The notes beneath the pieces were generated by a model. The model was not told the DNA's origin and searched no databases. It was given only the letters and a program-made list of their open reading frames with translations. Shown piece by piece: positions 1 to 14,860 of a stretch of DNA of 64,000 bases; the first letter of the stretch is position 1; the number at the start of each line of letters is the position of its first letter. This stretch comes from Eledone cirrhosa (lineage: Eukaryota), in NCBI GenBank assembly GCA_964016885.1, contig OZ024745.1:61628001-61692000 (forward strand), given 5' to 3'. Both the position numbers and the translations under genes were made by a program.

Positions 1-1234
1 GAAAAGATCCGGCTTGCTAAATGTTATTGCATTCCATTCGTGTATGTAACAAAATACACGTGTGATGTTTGACGTTAGTATGTCTAGCTGGCCAATATTT
101 CTTGGATCACCGTCACACGTTATGGCATTTCAAAGGAGAATGGAAACCTCTGACCTTAACTTGACTTCATTTCTTGGCATACATGTCTACCACGAACTGG
201 CAGATATTTTTTGAATTTCAGAACTTGGTTGAAGTTCTGTGGAACTGATTGATAAGCCCGTTTCTTGTCCTGTTCTTGAGTCAATCGGCAGTAGTTGAAA
301 ATGGCACCCGTCTTAACTATTCAAAAGACATGAGTAATGGGGATGTAACGTATTCCTCCCAAATGTTCATTTGTTTGGCAAAACGGTATCACGTCAGTCA
401 TGTTGTTTATCAAGCACATGTTTCTTGTTCTATCATTTACAGGTGTACGGTACCTGCCTTCATACTCTACAGGGGAAGATTTGTCTGCTCCGATAAGGAC
501 TTTGAAGATACTAACACGATATTGCAAATTCATTTTCTATAATTTACTGGCTATGTAGAATTGCAATCTGCCTCTGTATCTGTATTGTGCCTCTGATTCA
601 TTGCCATGCATGAAGTAAACCTGCCCAAATTTGTGTGGTATTTGAAGTAGTTATAGATGGACCCGTTTACGTTGTCGTACTGTTTCTGAATTTTATAAGT
701 TATACGGAATCGAAAGTCTATTATGTTCCTAACAGCTTCGAATGACGCCATTTGAAATGCTGAGTTGCATTTCAGAACGTAATTCTGGAAGCGTCATGTT
801 TCTGGTGTATCATGTAAGAAAATCTTTTCGAGAACTTCAGAATACTCTTGTACTTCTGGGAGAAGGACTTTGCTTCCTGAGTAGTATAGACCTGACAAGT
901 TTAGAGGTCACTTCTTTTGAGTTGCCACAACAGTATTTTCCATTTACTCAAAAGGTATTTGCTGTTAACACGTCAATTTATATCCACTTAGAAGCTACAT
1001 GAGCAAATCGGACAACTTCAGATCTCTGCACTTTCTTTCTTCTGGTCCATAATGAACACCCTCCATACTATGATCCTCTTGAACGTTGTGTAAACATTTG
1101 GAATTGATATATACATCGCACTCCTTTCCATATTTTAACCTTCAATAATTTGTTCTGAAACTTCACTAAGTTTGTTGCAATAAGCAGTCCATTTGAATGT
1201 ACGTGTTCTGCATTTTGTTTTAGCCATAAGCACA

Positions 1235-1397
1235 AGGGTCGGACACCATGCTTTCCAGCATAGTTACGTCCCTTTACGATCTGAGTTCAAATCCCGCCGA
1301 GGTTGACTTTGCCTTTCATCCTTACGGGGTCGATAAAATAAAGTACCAGTAATGCACTGGGTAATTGCTGGCCTTGTGCCTAAAGTAGAAACAATTA
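1235..1397 (+). mobile_element. tRNA-derived SINE, 5'-truncated copy
   Basis: B-box-like GAGTTCAAATCCC followed by a conserved body (GACTTTGCCTTTCATCCTTACGGGGTCGATAAAATAAAGTACCAG). Near-identical to copies at 10667 and 57797. Confidence 0.85.
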
Positions 1398-2861
1398 ATC
1401 TACAGATTAATGGATATGTGGCTACTGGAATAAATATCAATACACCTTTGTAGGATAATGGAAACCAAATGTTATACTCAGCTATGCTAGTTAATGTGTT
1501 CATATATGTACCTCTAAACATACATCTATATAAAATATTTTAACTTTACGAATTAACTGATATTTGTTTAACAACCGATGTGAATTCAATTAAAAGTTTG
1601 AGCTGTACCGAAAAACAACAATGGATTAATGAAAGAGGAAATAAGTGAAATTTCTGAAGATTAAATACGCATTATACTCCTTCCAGAATTTAATCCATTA
1701 TGACCTTTCTTAGAAAATCATTTAAGAATGTGTTTCTGAAAACGATTAATTTCTTTTCACTATACATATACATGCATCAATAGATACATGTATATATATA
1801 TATATATTGGCCTTTGGAATTCCTCTAAATACACGTTGTTTGAAAATTAAAGACTAATATTGTTTTAACATGTATTATCGATATATTAAGTAGTGTGACC
1901 AAAAATATAATTCTGTATTTTTCATCCATTCCTTTGCCTAATTTGACTCACAAATCTTCGGCACACTGGAAACTATGTTAAAAATTACTTACGCAACGTG
2001 TCATGCAATGGGATATAACTTCTTAATCAGTTCACCACACACACTATCAAGGTAAGGTAAACACATATCTATATATCAAAAAAGAACGAGGAAGAAAGAA
2101 TTAATAAATTATGAAGGAGGAAAGAGTAAGAAGAGGTAAAATAGCAAAAGAAAGGAGTGAAAAGGAAAATAGAAACACTAGACCAGTTGATATTAATGAA
2201 GTTCATTAGACAAAAGCAGGCAAGCTATTACTCACAAGTAGCATATCCAGTATTTAAGAAGTCCATAACAATCAAATGGCTGTTTTGATACATCAACTAT
2301 TGCAAGTTAGAAGCAACGTTATTAAGCAGGTTTAATGCTGCCGTAATATTTCCGTTCTTGGCAGCAATGAAATACTTTTCCTAATCTATTTCCTGCGTTT
2401 CATGTGAGCAACAACAGTAAATTCCTTACGATAACTAATAGTTGCTATTTATTGTAGGGGTGGGGATTTTCCTTTCTCTAAATAAGTTGAGTTACTATAA
2501 ATCACTGAATGATCGTCAATAATAGCTTAGTACCGGCGTTGTTGATCGGTCGATCTACTAAAATCATTTGTCTATCGGAAAAGCTCAGATGAAAGACAAA
2601 TATACGCCAATGGATCTTAACTTCTCAAATGCTGTATACAAATGTATTTACATAAATCTATACAGATATTTTATTTCCTTTTCTGTATATGTACACACAC
2701 ACACATACGCATATTATATCCCATTACAAGCAAAGAAAAATTTATCAATTATGCTGTAATCCTTCTCATAGAATAGTGAAACCAAAACCCGTATTGAAAA
2801 CGATTTTCCTGGAACTTGTAAAGTATCCTAGTGTATGTTACTCTGCTGATTATTATGGAAG

Positions 2862-3015
2862 TGGGAGCATGGCTGTGTAGTTAAGAAATTTGTTTAAAAA
2901 TCATGAGGTTCTGTGTTCAGTTCCACTGCGTAGTATCTTGGGCAGACGCCCTTTATCATAGCCATGGATTGACCAAAGTCATTTTGTAGATGTAAACTAG
3001 GTCGAAGTCCGTTGC
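2862..3015 (+). mobile_element. Degenerate tRNA/CORE-type SINE (second SINE family)
   Basis: A-box-like TGGCTGTGTAGTTAAG, B-box-like GTTCAGTTCC, then a CTTGGGCA core. Resembles cephalopod CORE-SINEs from memory. Confidence 0.55.
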
Positions 3016-3077
3016 ATAAATTGTATTTGTAATTTAAATACCCAGCTTTATTACACGTTATACCAATTTGATTTTGT

Positions 3078-3153
3078 CTGGGAATTATGTTATGGGTACG
3101 CATGATATTGCATACACACCTCCGATATCATGCGTACCCATAATAATTCCCAG
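3078..3153. repeat. Isolated hairpin / inverted repeat (~30-bp arms)
   Basis: CTGGGAATTA..TTATGGGTACGCATGATAT pairs with ATATCATGCGTACCCATAATAATTCCCAG. Confidence 0.8.
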
Positions 3154-5291
3154 GAATTTATACGGTAACTTAATGAGTATGACGTTAAGTTAATCGAACA
3201 GCTGAATAATTAACATGCAACACGACGGATGTTCCAGTTCACCTATGGAGGTGTATTAGATGCTAAGATGAAGATCGTGATGTCCTAAGCCAGCAATGAT
3301 TAAGACGATATATGATCAAATCTGCTCCATTCTTTTTTTTTTTTATTCAGACATAGAGTGTCCATGACAATATAATCCAATGTTTTCTTTTTTGAAAGAG
3401 ACTTAGCTGCAAATTTTAGCCGATATAGTGACCACATAGAGGACCTCTTAATGTCCAAAGCGTATCATTTGACTGGCTTTGAGATGTGTCAGCTGTACAT
3501 TATTTACTCAGACCTCTATAATCCAGTCCATATAATTGTCACACACTGTAATATCGTACCGACTATATTTAACAATCAATATAAACAGTTTATAGTGAAT
3601 GTTTTATTTATTCCACAATGTATTTAACACAACTGGAGCAATGTCACTTTCTTTTGAAACGGAACGGATGTATTAGTACTTAATTTTATAACTGTTTACT
3701 GTGTGTGTGAGAGAGAGATCTGTATTTATTACTTACTGTTTAAGGGTTTGTTAGCTTCGTGGTCTCGGCGGACAGGATGGAGAGGGGGCGCGCTGGAAGA
3801 ATACACACTCCACTTCGTGGCGTCCAGACTTGCGGGCACCCAACTCCGCTCCGATATCAGTAAGTAGTGATGTTGTCTTCTATTGAATTTAATTCTTCGA
3901 GTATCAGAAGCTCTCGAAAAACTTCTGTATTTAAATCGTATCATGACTAGGTTAACATTTATCAGAGAATAGACTCATCGTTATAAGTGGTTTGTATTGT
4001 AATCAGAATGTGGACAGCAATATTATAATGATAATATGAGCAAACCGGATTACATGGCTTAGCTAAAAATACTGGTTTGAAATATTCGATAAAATTTTAT
4101 AGAACAAAAGAAGTATACAAAAATATATATATGATGTGGAAGAAAAAATAATTTGACTTAAACTATATAATACAAGGATTTAAAAAATAAAATATAACTT
4201 CAACCACGAAATACATTTATGACAACTATATATGTTTTGTAAAGTGCTTTTTATTGAGAGATTAAAACAGTCATTATAAGAAATGCATCTCTAATGAATA
4301 TTTGTAGAGAAATGGAGTATATCCATCTTCATAATAATGTGATACCAAATAGATATTGTAATTTTATGGTTATTTATTAATCCATCTATCAAATTATGTG
4401 ATATACTAAGATTTAAATATGTTTATCTCATATAATTGTATTGGTTTATGATATGAAAAATAAGTGAAATACACATAAACATAGCCTGCAAGTCCAGTGC
4501 ACAAAATATATTTGCCCACGCACGTCCTATCGTGGATAAATAGACAGTGTTAAGATCTATCACTAATTATCTATTGGCTCATATCCAACTCTTTAGATAA
4601 TTCAATAAGGACACATATTCGATATCTGTCAATCAGACTTTAGTTAGAATATTGAATAATGTTTCCAAGTGGAGAGAAAACAGATTTAATATTTGTTTGA
4701 GTCAGTAAATAATTGCACAGCAAGTTTTGTGGTAAATATTACATTCTGTCTGACATATACATTTACATAAATTAACCTATAATGATTTTAGAATCATGGA
4801 GTGCATCAAGCAATAAAAAAAGCAGTAAAAGTTACTCAAATAGAAGAATGCAATTGAATTCATAGAGACGAAACATAAGTCTGTAACCGCACACACCAGT
4901 GTAAAACGTACAAAAATATATTCAAGAATAGATACGCGTGCATACAAACTCACCCTCACTCAGTCATATATGTTTAAAGGGAAATAGGCGGAAATATATA
5001 GAAATAGAAATGATATTGTCATTTGGCATTATTGCTTCTATTAAACAACTATTAGAATATTGATTTCTTATTGAAGGCCGTGGCCCTAGTATTGGTATTT
5101 ATATAGGAAGGAAAGGACAGAGACTATGCAGCGGTGATTTCTTTCCCATGAGCATTGACTAAGTTTATTAATTAGATTGGTATCAAAAGGGAATCGAAAG
5201 TGGGTTACGACCCCGTACCACCAGACGCTTATCTCTTGCATTACGGAGCTCACTTTGTTTCATTGTTACGGGTAATTAGTTGTGTACATAC

Positions 5292-5370
<79 letters not shown>

Positions 5371-6645
5371 GCATATATATATATATAAAGAAATGCGAGA
5401 TGCCTAGACACATTGTATAATTCTATAAATGCCAAACTGATAAAGTCTACGAGAACGATGTTCAGTCCCTGTAATGGTTACAATGCCCAACCTCAGCATC
5501 AATAATGATTTGTCATCCGATGCTATTTGTCTGATGCATTAAGCAATCAATAAATATTCTTCTTGACGATGTATGTGCCGGAGATATAAAATATAGTACA
5601 ATGCCTTAGATATATGACTCATTGAAGCAGTGTTCGCATTTCAACTAATCACCGACAATAAAAAGGTGCATTATTTGATCCGTGAGAAATAACTGCCAAA
5701 TGTTCCCTCTCATATACCAACTTATCTCCATTAAAGGCAGTGAAACATTGGAAAATGTAGCCGCACATGTTTTGTATCCGAAAAACGAATAAATAGATGT
5801 AATGGTCATAATTGGAATAGATTTGGTCATAATCTTGCTGGGTTTCGGTTGATCCGTAGCTGAAGTAAACAATAAATATCAGTGAAAACCAAAGTGATGG
5901 AGTCTCTGTACTGTCACATGCCATGCTTATTGTTAACATGATGATCACCGCCAATACACCTTAGGGCATTATGATTGACAATGAGGATACAAATCATAAC
6001 TGATCCAATGAGAGAAAAATGTTTCATGAGAACTTACATATTAACATACTAGACATCTTACATATGAAATACGCATCTTAATGAGGTGTTTTGACGAAAA
6101 CATTGTAGCGCCAGAAGAACAAATGACAAGTGCTACTTGTTACAGCTCCTTACGTTCAGAATCCAAATACCACTAATATCAACTTTGCCCCTCACCCTTT
6201 CAGGATAGATAAACTAAAGTATTAGTCAACTTCTGGGGTCAGTTTTAACAACAATAATCTTCTTTAAATAAAAATGACAACGATGAGATGAAAAAAAAAA
6301 TGAATTTGATGTAGAAGTAAAACTATCAGCTGAGCCACACAACTCAGTGACAAGTACAGTGACAAAAAGGCACGAAACAAGGTTGAGAGCCAATATAACA
6401 ATGTTATCAATGTTAATGCAATCAATAATACAACAAATAAGAAATAAGGATTGGTATACAAAGAAAATACCTTGAAGCTTTAGCAGAAACTAGGTATTGC
6501 CGTCACCACTTGATTAACAGATGAACATACTAGACATGACAGATATAGATACATACACACTTCAAAACATGCAGATCAACAGAGAGAGAGAGAGAGAGAG
6601 GAAGAGGTAGTGAGAGAAAGAGTGAGAGAGAGAGAGAGAGAGAGA

Positions 6646-6710
<65 letters not shown>

Positions 6711-6798
6711 AGTTGATGTCTAAATTCCATTGAAAGAGTCTTCAAGAGTGTTTATGTTAAAAACCGTCTCTCTTTCTATTGTTGAAAACGTATAAAAT

Positions 6799-6904
6799 AA
6801 TTGTTTCTACATTTGCCACAAGGCCATCAATTACCCCAGTACATTACTGGTACTTTATTTTATCGACCCCCGTCAAGATGAAAGGTAAAGTTAACCTCAG
6901 CGGG
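6799..6904 (-). mobile_element. 5'-truncated SINE with target-site duplication
   Basis: Reverse complement of the 1235 SINE 3' part. Flanked by direct repeat GAAAACGTATAAAATAA at 6784-6800 and 6904-6920. Confidence 0.85.
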
Positions 6905-7270
6905 AAAACGTATAAAATAATAAAACCAGAAGAACATGCATACACACACACACATGCACATACATACATGCACACATTCCTGCATACGTACAATCACACA
7001 TATATATGATGGCTGTCGAATCGCTACGCAATAAGCGAACTTTTAAGACACTTCCTTCTTCAATTTAAAGATAGTGTGACAACTCATCATAGGCTGTTAA
7101 GATGACGAAGACACACACCAACAGGATATGACCAAAATCCTAATTCCAAGACATCGCCAGTACTTCAATGTAAGACGTAGCAGTATCGGTGATTGAAGAA
7201 TTGCAACGGCGAGGGTCATGACGAAACTGCATATATGGTTGGTTTTTAGTGTATAATATATATATATATA

Positions 7271-7514
<244 letters not shown>

Positions 7515-7626
7515 AATAATAATAAATGTGAAGACTAAAATCCAAAGAGGGCTCGATAAGGATAAATATATATCAAATATATATCAGGATAAATATATAT
7601 CAAATATACACCCTAGAGCAAATACT

Positions 7627-8090
<464 letters not shown>

Positions 8091-8097
8091 TACATAC

Positions 8098-8162
<65 letters not shown>

Positions 8163-8247
8163 GGAGGTGAGTTTTATTGTAGTACAATATGTTGATTCAA
8201 AACTGCACTATTCACAAGTGTTTTTTAACCTTCATATCATGTCTTCC

Positions 8248-8318
8248 TATTTTATCTGATGAAAACACAAATATTATTGCATGATGATATTTGTTTTTGA
8301 AATGCGCATAATAAAATA
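8248..8318 (+). ncRNA. Minimal type I hammerhead ribozyme
   Basis: Stem I TATTTTAT/ATAAAATA; core CTGATGA (8256); stem II ACAAATAT..ATATTTGT; GAAA (8299); palindromic stem III TGCGCA; AUA cleavage triplet. Confidence 0.75.
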
Positions 8319-8348
8319 CATGGAACTCTTTTAACCATCTTTTGATCT

Positions 8349-8434
<86 letters not shown>

Positions 8435-8565
8435 GTATATATATATATGTATATATATATATGTATATATATGTATGTATATGTATGTATGCATATGTAT
8501 ATGTATATATATGTATGTATATATATGTATGCATATGTATATGTATATACAAATATGTATTTATG

Positions 8566-8603
<38 letters not shown>

Positions 8604-8696
8604 TATGTATATATATGTATGTATATATATATGTATGTATATGTATGTATATATATGTATATATATATATATATGTATATATATGTATATATATAC

Positions 8697-9435
8697 AAAC
8701 ACCCTAACAGTAGACTATCTGTATTAGACACGGAACTCTGGATTAAAAACTATAGACGAGAGGGGGGCCACATTTTCCACTCACATTACGCTAAACCCAT
8801 GGCCTCCAAATACCTGAATCTCAAAAACTCAGTAATGTCTAGTAGTGCTAAGTTTAATATTCTGATCGCAGACTTGGTACGAGCGATGAAGAACGTGTCC
8901 CGCATGTGCGACCCAACAGAAATGGAAAGACACATCCAACACATACAGTGCTCTGGTTACAACCAAAGAGACAGAATCAGAGTATACAAAGGAGCCAGCC
9001 ACGGAGAAATATAAGACCCTCATAGAAATTGACATGAAAGGAATTTGCCCATTATACAGGAGCAAATCATGGAATAGCTTAGATAGGACTAAACATAAGA
9101 TAGGGAAAGCCACTTCATGGTACGACAACCAGAGATATCAGAGTCTCATGTTCGTGGACGCTACCCTTGGAGGGAAATTAACTAACCAGTGTAGAAAGGC
9201 CCTGAGAAAGACCTACTTAAAGATTAAGGTGGTAGAAAGGCCAGGAACTAACATAAAATCCATGATCAGCAAAACATACCCTTTTAAGAAAACCCACTGT
9301 ATTAATAGGAAATGTATTATATGTAAAGTAAACCCCCGGATAACTGTAAAACTAGAAACGTAGTAAGATGTACAGAGGGTACTTTCAGAAACATGACAAC
9401 AACATACATAGGCGAGAAAGCTCGTAGCATAGGTG
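8697..9435 (+). pseudogene. Penelope-like element family 1: RT C-terminal part and start of GIY-YIG domain, frameshifted
   Basis: Peptides [23 protein letters not shown] and CINRKCIIC..YIGE closely match the minus-strand PLE at 11546-12450. Confidence 0.85.
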
Positions 9436-10629
9436 TAACTTAGCATGGCACTACATAGGTTCTACGGATGTAGAATTAAAAAAAGATGGTATGTACACAG
9501 ACGTTCTATGAAAAACGGTAGATTGGAGAACTCAACAACGCTGGCCAATAAAATCTGGCAGCTTAAGGACACCAACCAGGAATATGGGATTAGCTGGTCG
9601 AAATTATCGGGATCAAGGGCCTACAATAATGGAATGTCCCACTGCGAACTTTGCAATATGGAGCTGTTCTATATTTTAAAGTATGATAAAATGTTGGTTA
9701 ACAACAAAATAGAACGATCAATTTTCTGTAGACACAAAGTAGCTACCAAGTTCGCAAACTTCAAACCAACATGATTCGATCCAGCAATCTTAGAATTCAA
9801 GCAGAACCACCCGGATTTTAATGTACCAGCTACACACCACCCCACTGTTAATAGCTGTCAACTGACCAACTGGTCATTAAATCAACATCATAAATCTCCC
9901 AACCTTTCTTTCACTTTCTCTTCCTATAGCCACATCACCTCCATTAAGATAAAACCTGCCAGGCATTAACCACCCATATATCAACACTACCCCTTTCCAT
10001 TTTTATTCTCTATCTATCTATCTACTCTTTCCCCGTCCTTAGCCCTACCCCTTGTTTCATCCTCGTATCTTCATCCCCATTCTCTGTCTCCTGTCCTTTA
10101 TCTCTTTCCCTCTCACTTAATTTTTATTTATTATTTTTTATATATTATCTGTTATTTGTTATTAGTTTTTATTTTTTACTCTAATCCTCTGGGATTTGAC
10201 CACTACATGTGTATATATTTAATGTTTCTTTTCATGTTATTGTTATCTCTACCGTCATCACTACTTTACACATACACTTACTCACCACTGTAACTTTATC
10301 TACCACCACCACCACTACTATTATCAGCAATTGTATTCCGTATTTATTTTACTTATTTTTTACATTTTTATCATCTTCATTCTAACTTCTTTATTATCTT
10401 TTATTATTAATGTTATTGTTTTGATTCTCCGATGTACCTATAAATACCAATGCCATGTGTTAAACCCTCCAGTATTCCGATGATTTGATCAGAGGCAAAC
10501 ACTGTATTTAAGGTCGAGTGACGCAACTTCGAGTGATTAGCGGCCTTTAGACTCACCTGATCAATTGTTAATACTATAAATAAAAACCTTTTTGTACAGC
10601 CGACCATGTTATTCTTCCCTCTTTCTCAC

Positions 10630-10635
<6 letters not shown>
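9436..10635 (+). mobile_element. Penelope-like element family 2: GIY-YIG C-terminus and 3' UTR
   Basis: HYIGST / KKRWYVH..STTLANKIWQLK..AYNNGMSHCELC..IFCRHK is typical of the PLE GIY-YIG C-terminus. A pyrimidine-rich UTR follows and ends in (TA)n. Confidence 0.75.
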
Positions 10636-10666
<31 letters not shown>

Positions 10667-10667
<1 letters not shown>

Positions 10668-10857
10668 CTGTTTCTACTTTAGGCACAATGCCAGCAATTA
10701 CCCAGTGTATTACTGGTACTTTATTTTATCGACCCCGTAAGGATGAAAGGCAAAGTCAACCTCGGCGGGATTTGAACTCAGAATGGCAAGGGCCGTAACC
10801 CTATGAGTCAAAGCATGGTGTTACGGCCCTCTACCGATACTGCTTATTCACCGCCCT
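10667..10857 (-). mobile_element. Near full-length tRNA-derived SINE inside (TA)n
   Basis: Reverse complement of the SINE at 57797, including A-box and B-box regions. Confidence 0.85.
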
Positions 10858-11121
10858 GATATATATATATATAACGGCGATGAATTAGTTTTGCGAGGGT
10901 TTTGATATGAAATGGTGTGTCGAAACAAATATTGTTATACTTGGGGAGGATCATATTTGTGTAATATTGCCAGAATTAATAACAGAACACACTCACTGTT
11001 TGGTTGGCTTTCGCTTCTGTGTCTTTTATATCGGTTAATTTAATTTATTCGGTCCTAAATGTTGCCATTGACTGACCAACGGTAAAAAATACAGATATAA
11101 TATAGACACAAACACATATAT

Positions 11122-11175
11122 ATAGTCTGACAAAGTTCTTTCGTTGTACATCTGCAACATCGTCAGTGGTGCTAT
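11122..11175 (-). ncRNA. Hammerhead ribozyme in PLE 3' UTR/pLTR
   Basis: Reverse complement reads CA-CTGACGA-T-GTTG..CAAC-GAAA-GAAC-TT-TG. Stem I has an internal loop (ATAG/CTAT). Confidence 0.65.
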
Positions 11176-11545
11176 TATGTTTCCTCCCATTGTATTGTAT
11201 GCCTACGCCATCTTATTTAGTCTGGTTATTTATTTATTTATTTATTTTTTGTCTTCTCTGCGCATGCGTTTGCGTGTGTGTATAGTGTTTGACGTGTGTT
11301 CGTGTTTGCGTGACTGTGTATTGGTTAATATATTCTATCTTTACTAGTGTGTGTTTATATGTGTTTGTTGTTATTGTGCTTGTGTATGTATTTATTTATT
11401 TATCTATTTATTTATTTATCTATTTATTTATTTATTTATTTATACTTCTCTTAGGTCAGTATTGTTTGTTTGGGTGTTGTTATTCCATTCATTTTTTCTG
11501 TTTAGCCTTGGCCTTCTAAGTTCTATTTCACTGGCCTCTTTGATT

Positions 11546-14185
11546 TCACTGGCCTGCTGCGTCATTTCTATGTTTAGATATTATTCTAATTTCTATGTTT
11601 TCTATGTTACCATCGTGTTGTTGTCTGGCATGTTCGTATAGTACTAAACCGTTTTTTCGTCCTTTTAGTTCCCCCCAGTGTTGGTCTATCCTTTCACCTA
11701 TGCTACGAGCCGTCTCGCCTATGTATGTTGTTGTCATGTTTCTGCAAGTACCCTCTGTACATCTTATGCTATAGACTACGTTTCTAGTTTTACAGTTTAT
11801 CCGGGGGTTTAATTTACATATGATACATTTCCTATTAGTACAGTGGGTTTTCTTAAAAGGGTAGGTTTTGCTGATCAGGGATTTTATGGTGGTTCCTGGC
11901 TTTTTTACCACCTTAATCTTTAAGTGGGTCTTTCTCAGGGCCTTTCTACACTAGTTAGCTAATTTCCCTCCAGGGGTAGCGACCACAAACATGACACTCT
12001 GATATCTCTGGTTGTCGTACCATGAAGTGGCTTTCCCTAACTTATGTTTAGTCCTATCTAAGCTATTCCATGATTTGCTCCTGTATAATGGGCAAATTCC
12101 TTTTATGGCCAGTTCTATGAGGGTTTTATACTTCTCCGTGGCTCCTTCGTATACTCTGATTCTGTCTCTTTGGTTGTAGCCAGAGAACCGCATGCGGTTG
12201 ATGAAGTGTAGGATGTGTCTTTCCATTTCTGTTGGGTCGCACATGCGGGACACATTCTTCATCACTCGTACCAAGTCTGCAATCAGAATATTAAACTTAG
12301 CACTACTGGACATTGATGAGTATTTGAGTATCAGGTATTTGGAGGCCATGGGTTTAGCATAGTGTGAGTGGAGAATTTGGGCTCTCTCATCTATAGTGTT
12401 AATCCAGAGTTCCGTGTCTAATACAGGTAGTCTATTGTTAGGGTGTTTGGAAGGGTAGTCGCTAGTTACAGTTATACTCTGGTGTATGGAATTAGCTATC
12501 TGCTGGATGCTTTCCATTGTGCTACGTTCTAAATCAAACTTGTTAGTGCTCTCTTGTGGGGATGTTCTTATTACTATATTGATATCGTCTACGTAACGAG
12601 AGTACATGATGAGGTCTATGGACCTCTCATCAAGGAGATCATTAAGTCTCCTTTCCCACCATACCATAAAAAGGTTGGCAACGTCACCAGCTATGCTGAC
12701 GCCAATGGCTGCTCCCTCATTTTGAGTGTAGATCTTCTCGTTGAACTTGAATATGTGGCCCGTTAGGGTAGTTTTGATACTAGCCCCTATTGCATGTGCG
12801 ACCATTTTTCTTACCTGATCATTGTTTTTGGGGGTCCGTATAGCTTTGGTCCACCCAATCCACCTTCCCATGGGAGTCTTTTTAGCCATTGAAGTTATGG
12901 TGGGGGTCTACCTCTTATGGATCTACTGGGGGCAGAAACGTCTAAGGTCATGGCTGTCTAGGTAGTCAGTGTCGTAGGTAAGTCTAAGTAGGAGACCCAG
13001 TTCGTCTGTGTCGACGTCGCAGAACTCCACCTCACTCTCAATGATCATCTCCACACATTTTTCCACAGCAAAATCAATGTTAATGGATGGGTACAGTGAT
13101 ACCACACCCATACTGCCTATTATGCAGTTGGATAGGTTCCTGTTTTTGTTGAACTCACTGATTCTGCTGAGGAGGTCCTCTGTACTGTCACATATATTTG
13201 GGGACATCTTGATTATGGGGCGTATAACCATTGAGAGGAAGTAGGAGATCCTGTAGTTGCTAGCTATATTTGCTCCGCATACGGGTCTTGTTGGTGGTCC
13301 TGTTGTCGGATCATTGACTGTCTTGTGGTCTTTGCGGAGCCCATACAAGGGTGGTATGCCATTGTTAGACGCCTGGAAGTTGTTGGCAGTGCGTCTGCTT
13401 GGCTTTAGGATGTCAGTCCACATCATCATGTGAGCGTTGAGGATGTTCTCTCTACCATCATGTATTTGCTGTGCAATTTCGCTCGTGTTGGTGATGTGGG
13501 GTTGCATAGCCTTGATGTAGTTCGGCATGCTGTCTATTGACATCCTACAAGACTTATCCGTGGGTAGACATACTACCTCACCATCCCTTGTGCGCTGCTT
13601 GAGGCTAACCCAGCCTTCTACAGGTTTCCTCCCAAGTTGTTGGACCTCTGGTATGCTCTGTCTCTTAGTATACCGGTCTACTATTTGTCTAATCTTATTT
13701 CTAGCTATGGTGAACTGTGCCTTTGTCTCGTCATCTATTTGTTGTGGTATGCAAACTCTTTTATTAAAGGGTAACCTCGTAGGATAGATATTACCCATCT
13801 TATATGTTTTGTCAGCTGGGTTGAGGAATAGTCTCTCCAAGGGGTTGTCATTATATCTATCGTCATAGTTGTGTGTGTTGCTATTATTGTTATTATGGTG
13901 GTTGTTGTTGTTCCTATCATTAGCATTATTATTATTGTTATGATTGCTAGATGTATTGTTGCTGTGATTGTTAGATGTATTGGTGTTATGATTACTAGAT
14001 GTTTTGTTGCTGTGATTGTTGTTTTCTTCACCGTTATTGTTGTTGTTACTGTTATTTCTACCATTGTCGTTGTTACTTTTATTATGTTTCTTGTTTTTGT
14101 TGTGTCTATCATTAATGTTGCTACATGTATTATTTCTATTATTACCACTGTGGTTGTTGTTGTTGTTATTCGTATTGTTTCCGTT
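11546..14185 (-). pseudogene. PLE polyprotein (Asn-rich N-region, reverse transcriptase, Cys-rich linker, GIY-YIG endonuclease), broken by stops and frameshifts
   Basis: Three consecutive ORF segments carry PLE RT and GIY-YIG motifs in the expected order. Confidence 0.85.
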
Positions 14186-14806
14186 ATAAACTGTAAAACT
14201 AGAAACGTAGTCTATAGCATAAGATGTACAGAGGGTACTTCGAAAAACATGACAACAACATACATAGGCGAGACGGCTCGTAGCATAGGTGAAAGGATAG
14301 ACCAACACTGGGGGGGGGGGGGACTAAAAGGACGAAAAAATGGTTCAGTACTATACGAACATGCCAGATAACAACACAACGGTAACATAGACAACATAGA
14401 AATTAGAATAATATCTAAGCATAGAAATGACCCAGCAGATAGGCAAATCAGAGAGGTCAGTGAAATAGAACTTAGAAGGTCAAGGCCAAACAGAAAAAAT
14501 GAATGGAATAACAACAACACCCAAACAAACAACACTGACCTAAGAGAAGTATAAATAAATAAATTAATAGATAAATAAATAAATAAATACACAAGCACAA
14601 TAACAACAAACACATATAAACACACACTAGTAAAGATAGAATACATTAACCAATATACAGTCAGCCAAACACGAACACACATCAAACAAAACACTATACA
14701 CACACGCAAGCGCATGTGCAAAGAAGACAAAACATAAACAAATAAATAAATATATAAACAGACTAAATAAAGATGGCGTAGACATACAATGCAACGGGAG
14801 GAAACA

Positions 14807-14860
14807 ATAGCACCACTGACGATGTTGCAGATGTACAACGAAAGAACTTTGTTAGACTAT
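14807..14860 (+). ncRNA. Hammerhead ribozyme in inverted pLTR copy
   Basis: ATAGCACCA-CTGACGA-TGTTGCAGATGTACAAC-GAAA-GAAC-TT-TGTTAGACTAT. Confidence 0.65.

Noticed and set aside
1-1230. Possible decayed coding sequence (transposase-like) on the minus strand
   Set aside because: Only short broken ORFs and no diagnostic motif I can name.
5645-5954. Two overlapping hydrophobic minus-strand ORFs, possibly a membrane-protein exon
   Set aside because: No recognisable family motif or convincing splice sites.
12923-14308. 461-aa ORF as given, starting MLVYPFTY
   Set aside because: The first ~40 codons come from the antisense of the inverted pLTR. The real PLE sequence starts at about 14185.
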